Assembly (NCBI GenBank): GCA_963711565.1
Contig: CAVQEQ010000002.1
Location: 96,001 to 160,000, forward strand
DNA length: 64,000 bases
Direction of reading: 5' to 3'
DNA from: an uncultured delta proteobacterium
GTDB taxonomy: Bacteria; Desulfobacterota; Binatia; Binatales; Binataceae
Shown here: one piece after another, positions 50,565 to 60,186 of the stretch
How positions within the stretch are numbered: the first letter of the stretch is position 1
Layout: each line of letters starts with the position of its first letter
Position numbers and translations under genes: made by a program
Notes under the pieces: generated by a model
Databases searched by the model: none
What the model saw: the letters and a program-made list of their open reading frames with translations, nothing else
Told to the model about the DNA's origin: nothing

Positions 50565-51413
50565 CTAGCCGCGGCGGAATTTTGCCTGGCGCTCGGCTTC
50601 CAGTTTATCGGCGGCGTCGCGCGATGGCCGCGCGGGCATCCATCCTCTGGTGTAGTCGATGTCTTCCCACGAGCGATCGTTGGCGTCCCATACATAGGGC
50701 AGCTCGACGATCGTCGCAGGAGCGGAGATGGTGTCGAACGCTCGCATCGCGTCGATGACGATCCGGCGCTGCAATTCGGGTTGATCCGGCGGGCCGGTCT
50801 GGTGGCCCAGCGGAAAATTCACGAACACCGCGCGCGGCGGCTTCACCGACTGGGTGATGTCGAGTGCGGAAGTCATGGAGAGCGTGGGGATTCCCGCTTC
50901 TTCGACTGCACGCGCGATCAGTCCAACGGACTGATGGCAGACGGGTCATGCCGGGACGAGGAAGAAAGCATCGGCGTGGGCGCGCTTGAGCTCGTCAACA
51001 ATTTGCGGAGCGAGTTCGTCGCGGACTTTGCGCGCCGAATAAATTCCGCCCATGAAACTGAACGCGGGATCGACCAGCGCGCCGATGACGCCGGCCGTTT
51101 CAAGCTCGCGCATCCGATCCAGCGGGAACACGCAGTTGACGTCGCGCTCGGCGTCGCCGGTGGGATAGCCGAAATGCCAGACGCTCAGTTCGTCGCGGCG
51201 CGCATCAACCGGGATGCGACGGTACGACGCGTCCTCGCGATGAAAGCGCGGCTGATCGCGATACATGATTCCGCCAGAGCTGATCATCGCGACCCTGCAT
51301 TGCGCGATTGGCCGGGTCAGCGGAGTGAATGGCGCCGAGTCGTTTTCGACCCATCGATAAGGAGTGAAGTCGTTGTAGAGATCGCGCGTGCGAGGGATGT
51401 ATGCGACCGGCAT
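50565..51413 (-). CDS. GrdB/PrdB-family selenoprotein (282 aa, Sec at UGA 50946-50948, UxxC motif)
   Basis: ORFs 50946..51413 and 50565..50876 are in one frame; read-through gives FFLVPA-U-PVCHQSVGLIARAVEEAGIPT; DVNCVFPLDRMRELE and PPRAVFVNFPLG family motifs. Confidence 0.88.
50906..50940 (-). promoter_or_regulatory. Bacterial SECIS element
   Basis: mRNA AUCAGUCC-GUU-GGACUGAU perfect 8-bp stem, loop G 18 nt after the UGA, lower CUGC/GCAG helix. Confidence 0.8.
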
Positions 51414-51783
51414 GAAGACACTTTACGTGCGACGCGGGCAATTCGGCAAACGCGGCGCGAAGGCGTTAGCGGTGGCTAGACGCTGCTGATCAGAGAATAT
51501 TCATTCTGAAAGGGGTGAATGGAACGTGCGGCTCTCTGGCGGCGAACAGGAATAACGCACTCTCCCAACGGGTGTCTAAGCTACAGGAGAGTAACGAAGA
51601 TGCGGGATATCGACGGGTAGGTCTAGGAGGCGTTTATCGAGATGATTGACTCTGCCTATGGTTTTCTGAGATGAATGTTTGCGCAAAGAGTCCCGGGGGG
51701 GACCGCTACAGGATTTGGGTTCCCGATTTGGGCGAGGCAGGCCAGATGCCGTTTCTGGCGCGAGTTTCTAGGGAGGGTCTGTA

Positions 51784-52713
51784 ATGCACGTATCATTCAG
51801 GCATGCGCGACGCGTGGTGCTGGGCGTCGCGGTGGGGGCGCTGTTACTCGCTGCTGCACCGGATTCCGGTCACGCGGAGATTCTTTCCATCTGCGTATCG
51901 CCGCATGGACAGAAGATACTTCTGCCGCTCGGCGGGACTTGCAATGCGCCGGACCGGCAGCTCACGTGGGATAGCGGCGGCGTCACCGGCCCAACCGGGC
52001 CGCAGGGTCCCGCCGGTATGCAAGGACCAGCAGGACCGACCGGCCCTTACGGTGAAGCTGGGCCGCAGGGTGCTGTGGGACCGGCCGGCGTGATCGGGCC
52101 GGTTGGAGACGTTGGAGCGACTGGTCCGGTCGGACCGGCCGGAGAAGTGGGTCAGCAAGGGCCGCAAGGGCCGACTGGACCGACGGGCGCTACAGGCCCG
52201 ACGGGACCGACGGGATACCACGGAGTTAACGGCATCAACGGGGCCCAGTACTACACGCTGGGCGGCGGCAACCTGGGCAGTAACGCCTCGCTGCTCTTCG
52301 GCTACAAGAATACTCTCGCGGGCACGAGTTCCACGGTCGGGACCAACCCGATTTTCTACGGTCCGGGCAATGGCGCCGACACGCAACTCGAGAGTGAAGC
52401 GGTGCCAATCGACGCTTCGGTCGCGACCCAACTCTGGGTGCAGACCACGAATGCGCCCGGTGCGGGACAGACCTATTCGTTTACTCTGTACGATAATACC
52501 AATAGCACCTATGTTTCGTGCACGATTGGTAATCCGAGCAGCAGTTTCCCAACCCTGACCGAGTGCAACGATTTGGATGACAGCGCCAGCTTCAGCGCCG
52601 GCGACACGATCGCTCTGAAGGCTACGGCAACCGACGGAGCGGCGCCGACAGAAGTGAAGTGGCTGGTGGTGATGCACCAGACTGGCGGCACTGGCGCGCC
52701 GCTTTTGCCATGA
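51784..52713 (+). CDS. Secreted collagen-like protein 1 (30 Gly-X-Y triplets)
   Basis: Signal peptide, two-Cys N-domain, uninterrupted GXY run, globular C-domain (GPGNG, FSAGD, VKW). Confidence 0.9.
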   Translation: MHVSFRHARRVVLGVAVGALLLAAAPDSGHAEILSICVSPHGQKILLPLGGTCNAPDRQLTWDSGGVTGPTGPQGPAGMQGPAGPTGPYGEAGPQGAVGPAGVIGPVGDVGATGPVGPAGEVGQQGPQGPTGPTGATGPTGPTGYHGVNGINGAQYYTLGGGNLGSNASLLFGYKNTLAGTSSTVGTNPIFYGPGNGADTQLESEAVPIDASVATQLWVQTTNAPGAGQTYSFTLYDNTNSTYVSCTIGNPSSSFPTLTECNDLDDSASFSAGDTIALKATATDGAAPTEVKWLVVMHQTGGTGAPLLP

Positions 52714-52783
52714 GTCGCCGATATAGGGGTGCGGAAAAATGCTGACGAGTACGCGAATGGTAACAGTCAGGGAGGGGACGAGA

Positions 52784-53848
52784 ATGCCTCAATCTTTTAA
52801 GAACGCGTGGCGCTGGCTCGTCGGAGCATCGGCGGCTGCGATGCTGATAGCGAGTATCTCGCCGGCGGCGAATGCGCAGACGCCGGATACCGGGGTCATC
52901 AGTCTGTGCGTGGCCCGGAGCGGCAAAATCATCGGGATAAATATTCACTGCAAGCCCCATAACTTCCAATTGACGTGGAATATCCCGGGGCCTGCGGGTC
53001 CAGCCGGGCCGCAGGGCTATACCGGACCCGCTGGCGCGCCGGGCGCGCCGGGGTTGACGGGATCGGAAGGCCCCGTGGGTGCAGTGGGACCTACCGGACC
53101 AATGGGAGCCTTGGGTCTGACCGGTCCTGAGGGTTCGCAAGGCGTGACGGGTCCGACAGGTCCGACGGGTAATACTGGGTTCCCCGGACCAACCGGGCCG
53201 GTCGGCGCTATCGGATTGACGGGAGCTTCCGGCGTGCCGACCTTTCCCGTGGGCTGCACTACCGCAGGCTGCAATGACCAAGTCGAGATCCTGAGCGGCG
53301 GGACGCTCGGTGGAACTATCGGCGATCAAGCGGCAATCCAGCTGACCGTAAACTCCGGCTCTGGCGGAATCCCGACCACCCCGCTCTACATGGGACCGGG
53401 CAACGGCGCGTCGGGACAAGGCATTACCTCAATTCCTCCTGCCCCGGTGGCAGGGCCGCAAACCAGCGTCGAAGTGCCAATGCCGGGCGGCACAGCGTTC
53501 AATATGATTGTTTCGATCACACCGACCGGTGCGGGTCCCGTCGGCAGCGCATACGAATTCGTCGTCTGTAATGGCACGCTCTCCGGCACGGGCGAACCGG
53601 GGGACTGCGACTTTGCGACCAATCCTTTCCCATTCGACACGGCCCCGGGCTGCTTCATCGCGCACTCCATCCCGACCCCGAATCCGCAGGTGTGCACGTC
53701 TAATACTTCGGGAGGCCCGCTGACCTTGACGTTCAATCCGGGCGACCCTCTTTCGATTATGGCTTACAGCTCTGAAGCCAGCACGACCGACACCGTCAAC
53801 GTAAGCTGGTCGATGGACTTCGCGATCAACACGGCGGACGCCTTCTGA
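52784..53848 (+). CDS. Secreted collagen-like protein 2 (28 Gly-X-Y triplets)
   Basis: Same architecture (GPGNG, EVPM, FNPGD, VSW); GGAGGG RBS. Confidence 0.9.
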   Translation: MPQSFKNAWRWLVGASAAAMLIASISPAANAQTPDTGVISLCVARSGKIIGINIHCKPHNFQLTWNIPGPAGPAGPQGYTGPAGAPGAPGLTGSEGPVGAVGPTGPMGALGLTGPEGSQGVTGPTGPTGNTGFPGPTGPVGAIGLTGASGVPTFPVGCTTAGCNDQVEILSGGTLGGTIGDQAAIQLTVNSGSGGIPTTPLYMGPGNGASGQGITSIPPAPVAGPQTSVEVPMPGGTAFNMIVSITPTGAGPVGSAYEFVVCNGTLSGTGEPGDCDFATNPFPFDTAPGCFIAHSIPTPNPQVCTSNTSGGPLTLTFNPGDPLSIMAYSSEASTTDTVNVSWSMDFAINTADAF

Positions 53849-53936
53849 TTTGCGGTACGCGAGGAGGAAAAAACACATGAAATCGCGATCGGAAGTCAGC
53901 ACGGCTGGAGGGGAACAGAAAATGGAGGGCGTGAAC

Positions 53937-54881
53937 ATGCCTGCTTCGTTTAAATCGGCGTGGCGTTGGCTGGTCGCTGCGACCGCCGCTACGATACTCT
54001 GCCTGGCGGCGCTTCCAGGTGTAGGCCGGGCCGAGAATATTGAGATCTGCATCAATAATAACAACGGCAAAATCAAAGGCATCAACCTCGGCGTCGGCGG
54101 ATGCACCGGGAATCGAACCGAACTCGACTGGGTGACGACTGGACCGGCCGGACCCACAGGCCTTCAGGGCGTAGTCGGCAATCCCGGACTTGCCGGTACG
54201 CAGGGACCCCCGGGATCGCCGGGTGCCGCGGGACCTGCGGGAGCGCAGGGAGCAGCAGGACCGGACGGCCCCCAAGGCGTCGCTGGCCCGACCGGACCGA
54301 CTGGCCCAGCGGGAACAATGGGTGAAGACGGAATCCGCGGAGTGCCCGGAATTGCTGGTGCGACCGGAGTGACCGGACCGTCCGGAACTCCAGGCATCCA
54401 GCAGCCGAATATATCGGTCTTCACCGGTGGCTCGATGGGCACTTTCGGGAGCCCCTCGGGAGGCCCCTACAACGTCGGATTGTCCGGGAACAACAGCGTC
54501 ATGGCCAACATCCTGGTACTCGGACCCGGCAACGGTTCGGATACGTCCCAGGCGACCGAAGTGCCGATGTCTGAAGGGGGGACTGCGGAACGCTTGTTCG
54601 TCGCCGTAGATAACGATCCCGGAACCCAGATGAATAACGGGATCCCGAGCACGTTCTTCTTCTTCCTGTGCGACAACAACTCCTTCCCTGCGGACTGCAA
54701 CGTTGCCTGCTTCATGTCGGGACCCGACACGACTTGCAGTGACCTGACGGATACACAGGTGTTCGCTGCGGGCGACTCTATGAGTCTATGGGCGTTTGCC
54801 AGCTACCCCGGGGCGAATCAAGCAGACGTGAAGTGGTCAGTGACTTACGACCACGGCGCACCTATCGCACCTCCAATCTGA
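53937..54881 (+). CDS. Secreted collagen-like protein 3 (29 Gly-X-Y triplets)
   Basis: Same architecture (GPGNG, EVPM, FAAGD, VKW); GGAGGG RBS. Confidence 0.9.
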   Translation: MPASFKSAWRWLVAATAATILCLAALPGVGRAENIEICINNNNGKIKGINLGVGGCTGNRTELDWVTTGPAGPTGLQGVVGNPGLAGTQGPPGSPGAAGPAGAQGAAGPDGPQGVAGPTGPTGPAGTMGEDGIRGVPGIAGATGVTGPSGTPGIQQPNISVFTGGSMGTFGSPSGGPYNVGLSGNNSVMANILVLGPGNGSDTSQATEVPMSEGGTAERLFVAVDNDPGTQMNNGIPSTFFFFLCDNNSFPADCNVACFMSGPDTTCSDLTDTQVFAAGDSMSLWAFASYPGANQADVKWSVTYDHGAPIAPPI

Positions 54882-54907
54882 GCTATGAGTGCTGAATGTT
54901 GAGACCG

Positions 54908-54940
54908 AAAACCCCCGGATTAAACTCCGGGGGTTTTTTT
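54908..54940 (+). terminator. Intrinsic terminator after the collagen-like genes
   Basis: AAAACCCCCGGA-ttaaac-TCCGGGGG followed by a T-run. Confidence 0.9.
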
Positions 54941-55109
54941 TAAGGAGTTAACGAGTATTAGAGCCCCTGTACGCATTGTTTTAGTCTGTATCTGAGGTTA
55001 TTGTTCACGCGCGGGGGGAGAGCTTCTACGTGATCGACGGGGAGCGACGATCACATTGTACTGCGACATATGTGGACTCGCAGGCTTGTCGGAAAAGGAG
55101 GATTTTCCG

Positions 55110-57311
55110 GTGAAAGTGCAGCCCAGCTTGACTTTCCGTCACCAACGAATCGCCCAGGAAAACACCTGGGGACCAACCCTTGCAATCTTTGCCTCCGCGT
55201 TGCTGGCACTTGCGATGACTGGCTCGCAGAGCGCGTGGGCTTTCAACGTCAAGAACGCAAGGCTCGTCGATAAAGGATTCAAGGTTTTCACCAAAGAGAC
55301 CTTCAACGGTAACGGCCGTACCTGCTCAACCTGCCACATACCCAAGGACGACTACACAATAAGCCCTGCGGATCTTCCGACGCTGAGCGCGCATGACAGG
55401 AATCTTGTGTTTGCGACACACAATTCGCAGCTCGAAAACCAGACCCTGGTAAATCAGTTCGCTATGTTCAACATCACTAACGACACCCCTGGTGCTAGCG
55501 GAACCGGTACGACACCTACCGGTCCGTTCCGCGCCTCGATGCAGCTTAGCGGCTTGGCACTGACCACGCTGAACGACTGCCCCAACGCGACCGTGATTGC
55601 GTCGGCCACCGATACCGGCCCCACCGCCCAGATTACAACCGCTACGCCTCCCACCTTTCCGTTTGCGCTAAACGAGGAGGTGAGAGTCGAGGGGGTCAGC
55701 GTCGCCGGCTACAATGGAAGTACGTTCGAGATCTCGAGCGTGATCAGTCCCACGACATTCCAGTACACGACGTTGACTGGCGCCGCGATCACCGGACTCC
55801 CCTCAGTAGGGCCCGGCGGCGGCGTCAGCGGGCTGCCCACTCCACCAATTACTACGACGGGGTCGGGAGCGTGTTCGACTGCACCTAATTTCGTCACGAC
55901 GCCGACCACCACGGGCACCCGGTTCATAGAGCTCGGCTGGGCGGGAGATGGCGCACCCCTGGATCCCACGCTCTTCGAAGTAGGCAAGCCTCGCGATTAC
56001 GCGGATTGCGTCGCCGCCGTCAATAACGCTGACGCCAACCAGAACGTTCTCAGCCCGGTGTTGAATGCGTTCTCGACCGGCGCCGTCAGACACCATTTTG
56101 CGCGCACCAATGCTCGCGTGCCCGGAAAGGATTTCCGTTGCCCAACTCCCGCTGAGCAGAATGCGCTCACCGCGTTTCAGGAGTACCTCGGGCGCCAATT
56201 CCCCTCTGGCACACCTCTCGAACTCGCCCTGGAAGCAGGGACAACGTTCCCCGGGACACAAGTCAGCTCTGTGCAACCCGTGGTCACTTTCAATGACTCC
56301 ACGGCGGAGACGGGCAAGGCCATCTTCCTGAATCCGAGCGCGTCCTGCAATTTCTGCCACTTCAATGCGGGCGCAAGCATGAGTACAACCCAGGTAAAAA
56401 CGGAGCCGTTGGGAGATCCACCGCTGCCGTTCCCCGGCCGCAACGAGAACAACTCGCAACTCGTGAACATCCTGACCAACACCAGCTTTATTATTCCGTC
56501 AAGCGGACAGACGGTTACCGGCGGACTTGATGGCTTGACGCCGGTGACAGTCGGCACGGACCCCGGCGACGGAAATCCCTTCAGCGACAAGCACGGTGGG
56601 TTCATCCCGGTATTCAACGTCCAATCAATCATAGAAGCGCCGCGAAAAAAGAGCTTTTTCCACAACGGCGCTTTCAATACCAGCGTGGAGGACGCGGCGT
56701 CGTTCTACTTTGGCAACCCCACGGTTCAAACTTCGGGTAGCACGCTCATCACGCCCGGTTTCGACCTCGCCAACGGCAACTTCGCGATTGGCACTAACCA
56801 GGATGGCTCGCCGGTGACCCTCGCGCCCGGATTGCCGAATCCCCTGCCAAGAGCATCGGGACAACAAACCGGCACTCAGGCTCTTGTGGCTCTTGCGGGC
56901 ACCTACTTTCCTGGCGATTCGGTGTCAGGCAACGTGCTGACTTCGCCGGGCGGGCAGGACGTGCTCAACACGCTTGGCTTCTTCCTGAGGGCGCTAAACG
57001 TGGTTTACAGCATCGCCGATTGCGAGCGGCTGGTGGACGATACGGTCAGCCGTCTCGATGCGGGTTTGCCGACTGAGGTGCCGATCCTCAACTGTACCAC
57101 GGACTTGGGCGATGTAGACCGTGTAATTGCGGGCGCGCGCGTGACCGTGCCGGACAACTACGTCACCGTCCAGATGCAGGCTCAGAGCCTTCAGGGCGAG
57201 TTGAAGAAGTACGCGAACCAGCACAATCGCGCGAAGCTCATAGGAGTTATTAATCAGCTACAAGCCATGAGAAGCTCGATTGCATCGATCTCACCCGACC
57301 TGTCGGAGTGA
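55110..57311 (+). CDS. Secreted di-heme cytochrome c protein, bCcP/MauG superfamily-like
   Basis: AAGGAGG RBS with GTG; signal peptide; ETFNGNGRTCSTCH, GKAIF..ASCNFCH, FFHNG....EDAASFY. Confidence 0.82.
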   Translation: MKVQPSLTFRHQRIAQENTWGPTLAIFASALLALAMTGSQSAWAFNVKNARLVDKGFKVFTKETFNGNGRTCSTCHIPKDDYTISPADLPTLSAHDRNLVFATHNSQLENQTLVNQFAMFNITNDTPGASGTGTTPTGPFRASMQLSGLALTTLNDCPNATVIASATDTGPTAQITTATPPTFPFALNEEVRVEGVSVAGYNGSTFEISSVISPTTFQYTTLTGAAITGLPSVGPGGGVSGLPTPPITTTGSGACSTAPNFVTTPTTTGTRFIELGWAGDGAPLDPTLFEVGKPRDYADCVAAVNNADANQNVLSPVLNAFSTGAVRHHFARTNARVPGKDFRCPTPAEQNALTAFQEYLGRQFPSGTPLELALEAGTTFPGTQVSSVQPVVTFNDSTAETGKAIFLNPSASCNFCHFNAGASMSTTQVKTEPLGDPPLPFPGRNENNSQLVNILTNTSFIIPSSGQTVTGGLDGLTPVTVGTDPGDGNPFSDKHGGFIPVFNVQSIIEAPRKKSFFHNGAFNTSVEDAASFYFGNPTVQTSGSTLITPGFDLANGNFAIGTNQDGSPVTLAPGLPNPLPRASGQQTGTQALVALAGTYFPGDSVSGNVLTSPGGQDVLNTLGFFLRALNVVYSIADCERLVDDTVSRLDAGLPTEVPILNCTTDLGDVDRVIAGARVTVPDNYVTVQMQAQSLQGELKKYANQHNRAKLIGVINQLQAMRSSIASISPDLSE

Positions 57312-57328
57312 CGCGGACCTGTGTGGCT

Positions 57329-57362
57329 GGAACCCCCCGGTAGCTCCGGGGGGTTCCTTTTT
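57329..57362 (+). terminator. Intrinsic terminator after the di-heme gene
   Basis: GGAACCCCCCGG-tagct-CCGGGGGGTTCC-TTTTT. Confidence 0.88.
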
Positions 57363-57373
57363 CCGGCGCGAAG

Positions 57374-58382
57374 CTACTTCAGACGCGGCAGCACTTCGGC
57401 GCCAAATCGGTCCAACGAACGCCGCGCCTTGGCGGGATCGAGACCCGGCAATTGCGTGACTACGATCAGCTCGGTCATCGGAGTTGATTCCAGTATCTCT
57501 TCGAGGCGTGCGGCGACGTCGGAGGCCGTGCCCAGCACGCTGGTGCGTCGCAAGCGCTCGGGGTCGGGACGAATCAGCACCTTGCTCTGATCGGTCGTGC
57601 CGGCTGCGGCCGAGAGCCATTTACCGTACAGCTCGGCCTGGTACATGAGCGCGTCGCGCGTGTCGCGCCACGCATCCTCCTCGCTGTCGGCGACGTAAAC
57701 CACGCGGCTATTGACGATGCTGTATCGCGCGGCGTCCTTGCCTGCCGCCTTCAACGCATCGAGATAGATTCCGATTTCCCGGCGTCCCCCGACGCATGCG
57801 AATCCCATATCGAGCTGGGCGGCGCGCCGAATCGATTTCGCGGCGCCGGCGCCACAGCAATTCGGGATGCGGCCGGCTCATCGGGCGCGGCAGTACGCGC
57901 ACGTCGCGGAACTTGAAATACTTGCCGTCGAAGCTGAACCGTTCGCCGGTCCACGCCAGCTTGAGAATCTCGATAGTCTCGAGCGTGCGGCCGAGTCGCT
58001 GTGGGCGCGGCACGCCGAAGCCTTCGAACTCCTCGGCACGATAGCCCAGCCCAATCCCGAGCCGCAGCCTGCCGCCCGAGACCACATCGACGAACGCGGC
58101 GTCCTCGGCCAGCTTCAGCGGATGAAAGAACGGCGCCAGTAGGACGTAGGTGCCGATAGTGACGCGCGTCGTGCGCGCCGCGATAGCAGCAGCCGCGGGC
58201 ATCAGCGCGGGCAGGTAGCCGTCGTCGGTGAAATGATGCTCGGTGAGCCAGATGGAATCGAAGCCAAGCCGCTCAGCCGCCTCAACCTGCGCGAGCGATT
58301 CGCGATAGAGCTCTTGAAACGAAATCTTCGAGCCGGGCGGATTTCGGAAATCGAGCTGATAACCGACCTTGACCTTGCGCAC
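57374..58382 (-). CDS. LLM-class flavin-dependent oxidoreductase, frameshifted near 57850
   Basis: GFDSIWLTEHHF and SGGRLRLGIGLGYR in 57708..58382; C-terminal half (VYVADSEEDA, FGAEVLP) in 57374..57808. Confidence 0.88.
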
Positions 58383-58399
58383 GACTCACCTCGCAGGTA

Positions 58400-59179
58400 T
58401 CAGCGCGCGGCGAGGCCGCCGTCGACGATCAATTCGGTGCCGGTGATGTAGGACGCATGGTCGGACAGCAGGAAGACGATCGCGTTTGCGATTTCCCACG
58501 GCGTGCCTTGCCGGCGCATCGGGATTCGGGGGGCGACGGTGCTCTCGCGGTCGCCGACGAGTCGCCGCACCATCGAGGAGTCGATCAACCCCGGCAGAAT
58601 CGTGTTGACGCGGATATTGTCGCGCGCGTGCGAGACCGCGGCCGAGCGCGAGAGCCCCAGCAGCGCGGCCTTGGTCGCCTCGTACGAGATCTGCGAGTTG
58701 CTGCGGAGCGCGGCCAGCGACGAGACATTGACGATCGCGCCACCGCCGGCTTTCGCGATCTCCGGCACCGCGTAGCGCATCATCAGGAAATGGCTGCGGA
58801 GGTTCACAGCGAGCATCTTGTCGAACTGTTCGGTGGTGGTCTTCAACAAATTGCCGCCGATGGCGATGCCGACGTTGTTCACGAGCAGATGGAGCGCGGA
58901 GAACGTGCGCGTGGTGGCTTCAACCGCCCCTCGGCATTGATCTTCGACGCTCACGTCCGCGCCGACCGCGTCGGCGCGGCCGCCTTCGTCGCGAATCGCG
59001 GCGGCGGTCTGCTGCGCGAACTCAAGCGAGCGATCGGCGACCATCACGGATGCGCCTTCGCGCGCGCACATTATCGCGGTCGCGCGGCCGTTGCCAATCG
59101 AGAGCTTGTCGCCGGCTTTCGCCGGTCCGTCCGCGCCGCCGCCGACGATCAACGCAACTTTGTCCGTCAGCCGAGCCAT
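58400..59179 (-). CDS. SDR family oxidoreductase
   Basis: LVNNVG, YEATK catalytic motif, IRVNTILPG, VDGG. Confidence 0.93.
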   Translation of the reverse strand: MARLTDKVALIVGGGADGPAKAGDKLSIGNGRATAIMCAREGASVMVADRSLEFAQQTAAAIRDEGGRADAVGADVSVEDQCRGAVEATTRTFSALHLLVNNVGIAIGGNLLKTTTEQFDKMLAVNLRSHFLMMRYAVPEIAKAGGGAIVNVSSLAALRSNSQISYEATKAALLGLSRSAAVSHARDNIRVNTILPGLIDSSMVRRLVGDRESTVAPRIPMRRQGTPWEIANAIVFLLSDHASYITGTELIVDGGLAAR

Positions 59180-59197
59180 GATTATCCCTCCTCTGCT

Positions 59198-60184
59198 TTA
59201 GTCCGCGGCGGGTCGCGCGGTTGGAAACCGCCGCACGTATTGCAGGAAACGCGCGAGCGCGCGGTCGGCGTCTATCAGCAGGCCGTCGTGAAAGCGGATG
59301 GTCTTCATGATGGGCTCGTCTTCCTCGATCAAGCGGCGGAAGAATGCCTCGCCTATTTGAAGGCGCTGCTCACGCTCGGCGTCGCTGCCCTCGGACTTCG
59401 GCGTCGCCGTGACGGACCATCCGTGCGTGCGGCCGTCGGGCGTCGGCGTCCCGGTCGCCATCGAGAGAATCGCCATCCCGTTGAGCCGTCCCGCGAGCGC
59501 GATCGTGTTGGTGCCGGTCACTCGGATGCGCTGATCGAAGACGCCGAGGTTGGGATCCTCGAAGCGCACGTCGTACTGGATGCGGTAGTCGCCGACCTCG
59601 ATGGCGTCGGGATCGCATTCGATCTTGAGACCGTGCAGAACGCGCAGGTGCTGGAAGTCCATCGAGTTGGTGAACGGCACCCACGGCTCGACCGGCAGAT
59701 CGAAAGCCTCGGCGGTGCGAACGTCGAGGTCGGACTCGGCGTAGTCAACGAATTCGGGCACGTCGAACAGTGGCGCGGTTCCGTTGAATGCCCAGATCAA
59801 TCCCCACTTTTCGACAGTGGGGTATTTGAACACTCTTGCCGCCTTCGGAATTTTTTCGGACGCGGGAATTTTGGTGCATCCGCCGTCGGGCCCGTATTGC
59901 CAATGATGGAACGCGCAGCGGATGTCGTTGCCGACGACTTTGCCCATTCCGAGGTCGGCGCCGAGATGGCGGCAGTACGCGTTCATCACGACGGCCTCGC
60001 CGTTCTCGCCGCGATACGCGATCGCGCGACCGTCCAGAAAGTCGCGGCCGATCACCTGGCCGACGCCGACTTCGTCGGAGCGCGCAATCGCGTACCAAGA
60101 CTGATGGAATCCGGCGGGCTTCTTGGCGCGAGTCTTCGAGGCGCGGGCGCCGTGTGCGCGGGGAATTGCCGTCGTCGATGCCAT
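59198..60184 (-). CDS. Rieske non-heme iron oxygenase alpha subunit
   Basis: CRH..CAFH Rieske ligands, NSMDFQHLRVLH mononuclear iron motif. Confidence 0.9.
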   Translation of the reverse strand: MASTTAIPRAHGARASKTRAKKPAGFHQSWYAIARSDEVGVGQVIGRDFLDGRAIAYRGENGEAVVMNAYCRHLGADLGMGKVVGNDIRCAFHHWQYGPDGGCTKIPASEKIPKAARVFKYPTVEKWGLIWAFNGTAPLFDVPEFVDYAESDLDVRTAEAFDLPVEPWVPFTNSMDFQHLRVLHGLKIECDPDAIEVGDYRIQYDVRFEDPNLGVFDQRIRVTGTNTIALAGRLNGMAILSMATGTPTPDGRTHGWSVTATPKSEGSDAEREQRLQIGEAFFRRLIEEDEPIMKTIRFHDGLLIDADRALARFLQYVRRFPTARPAAD

Positions 60185-60186
60185 CG

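Noticed and set aside
51980-54400. GGACCGAC-type short repeats as a CRISPR or DNA-level repeat array
   Set aside because: They are Gly-Pro-X codons of the collagen domains; no constant repeat-spacer period and no cas genes
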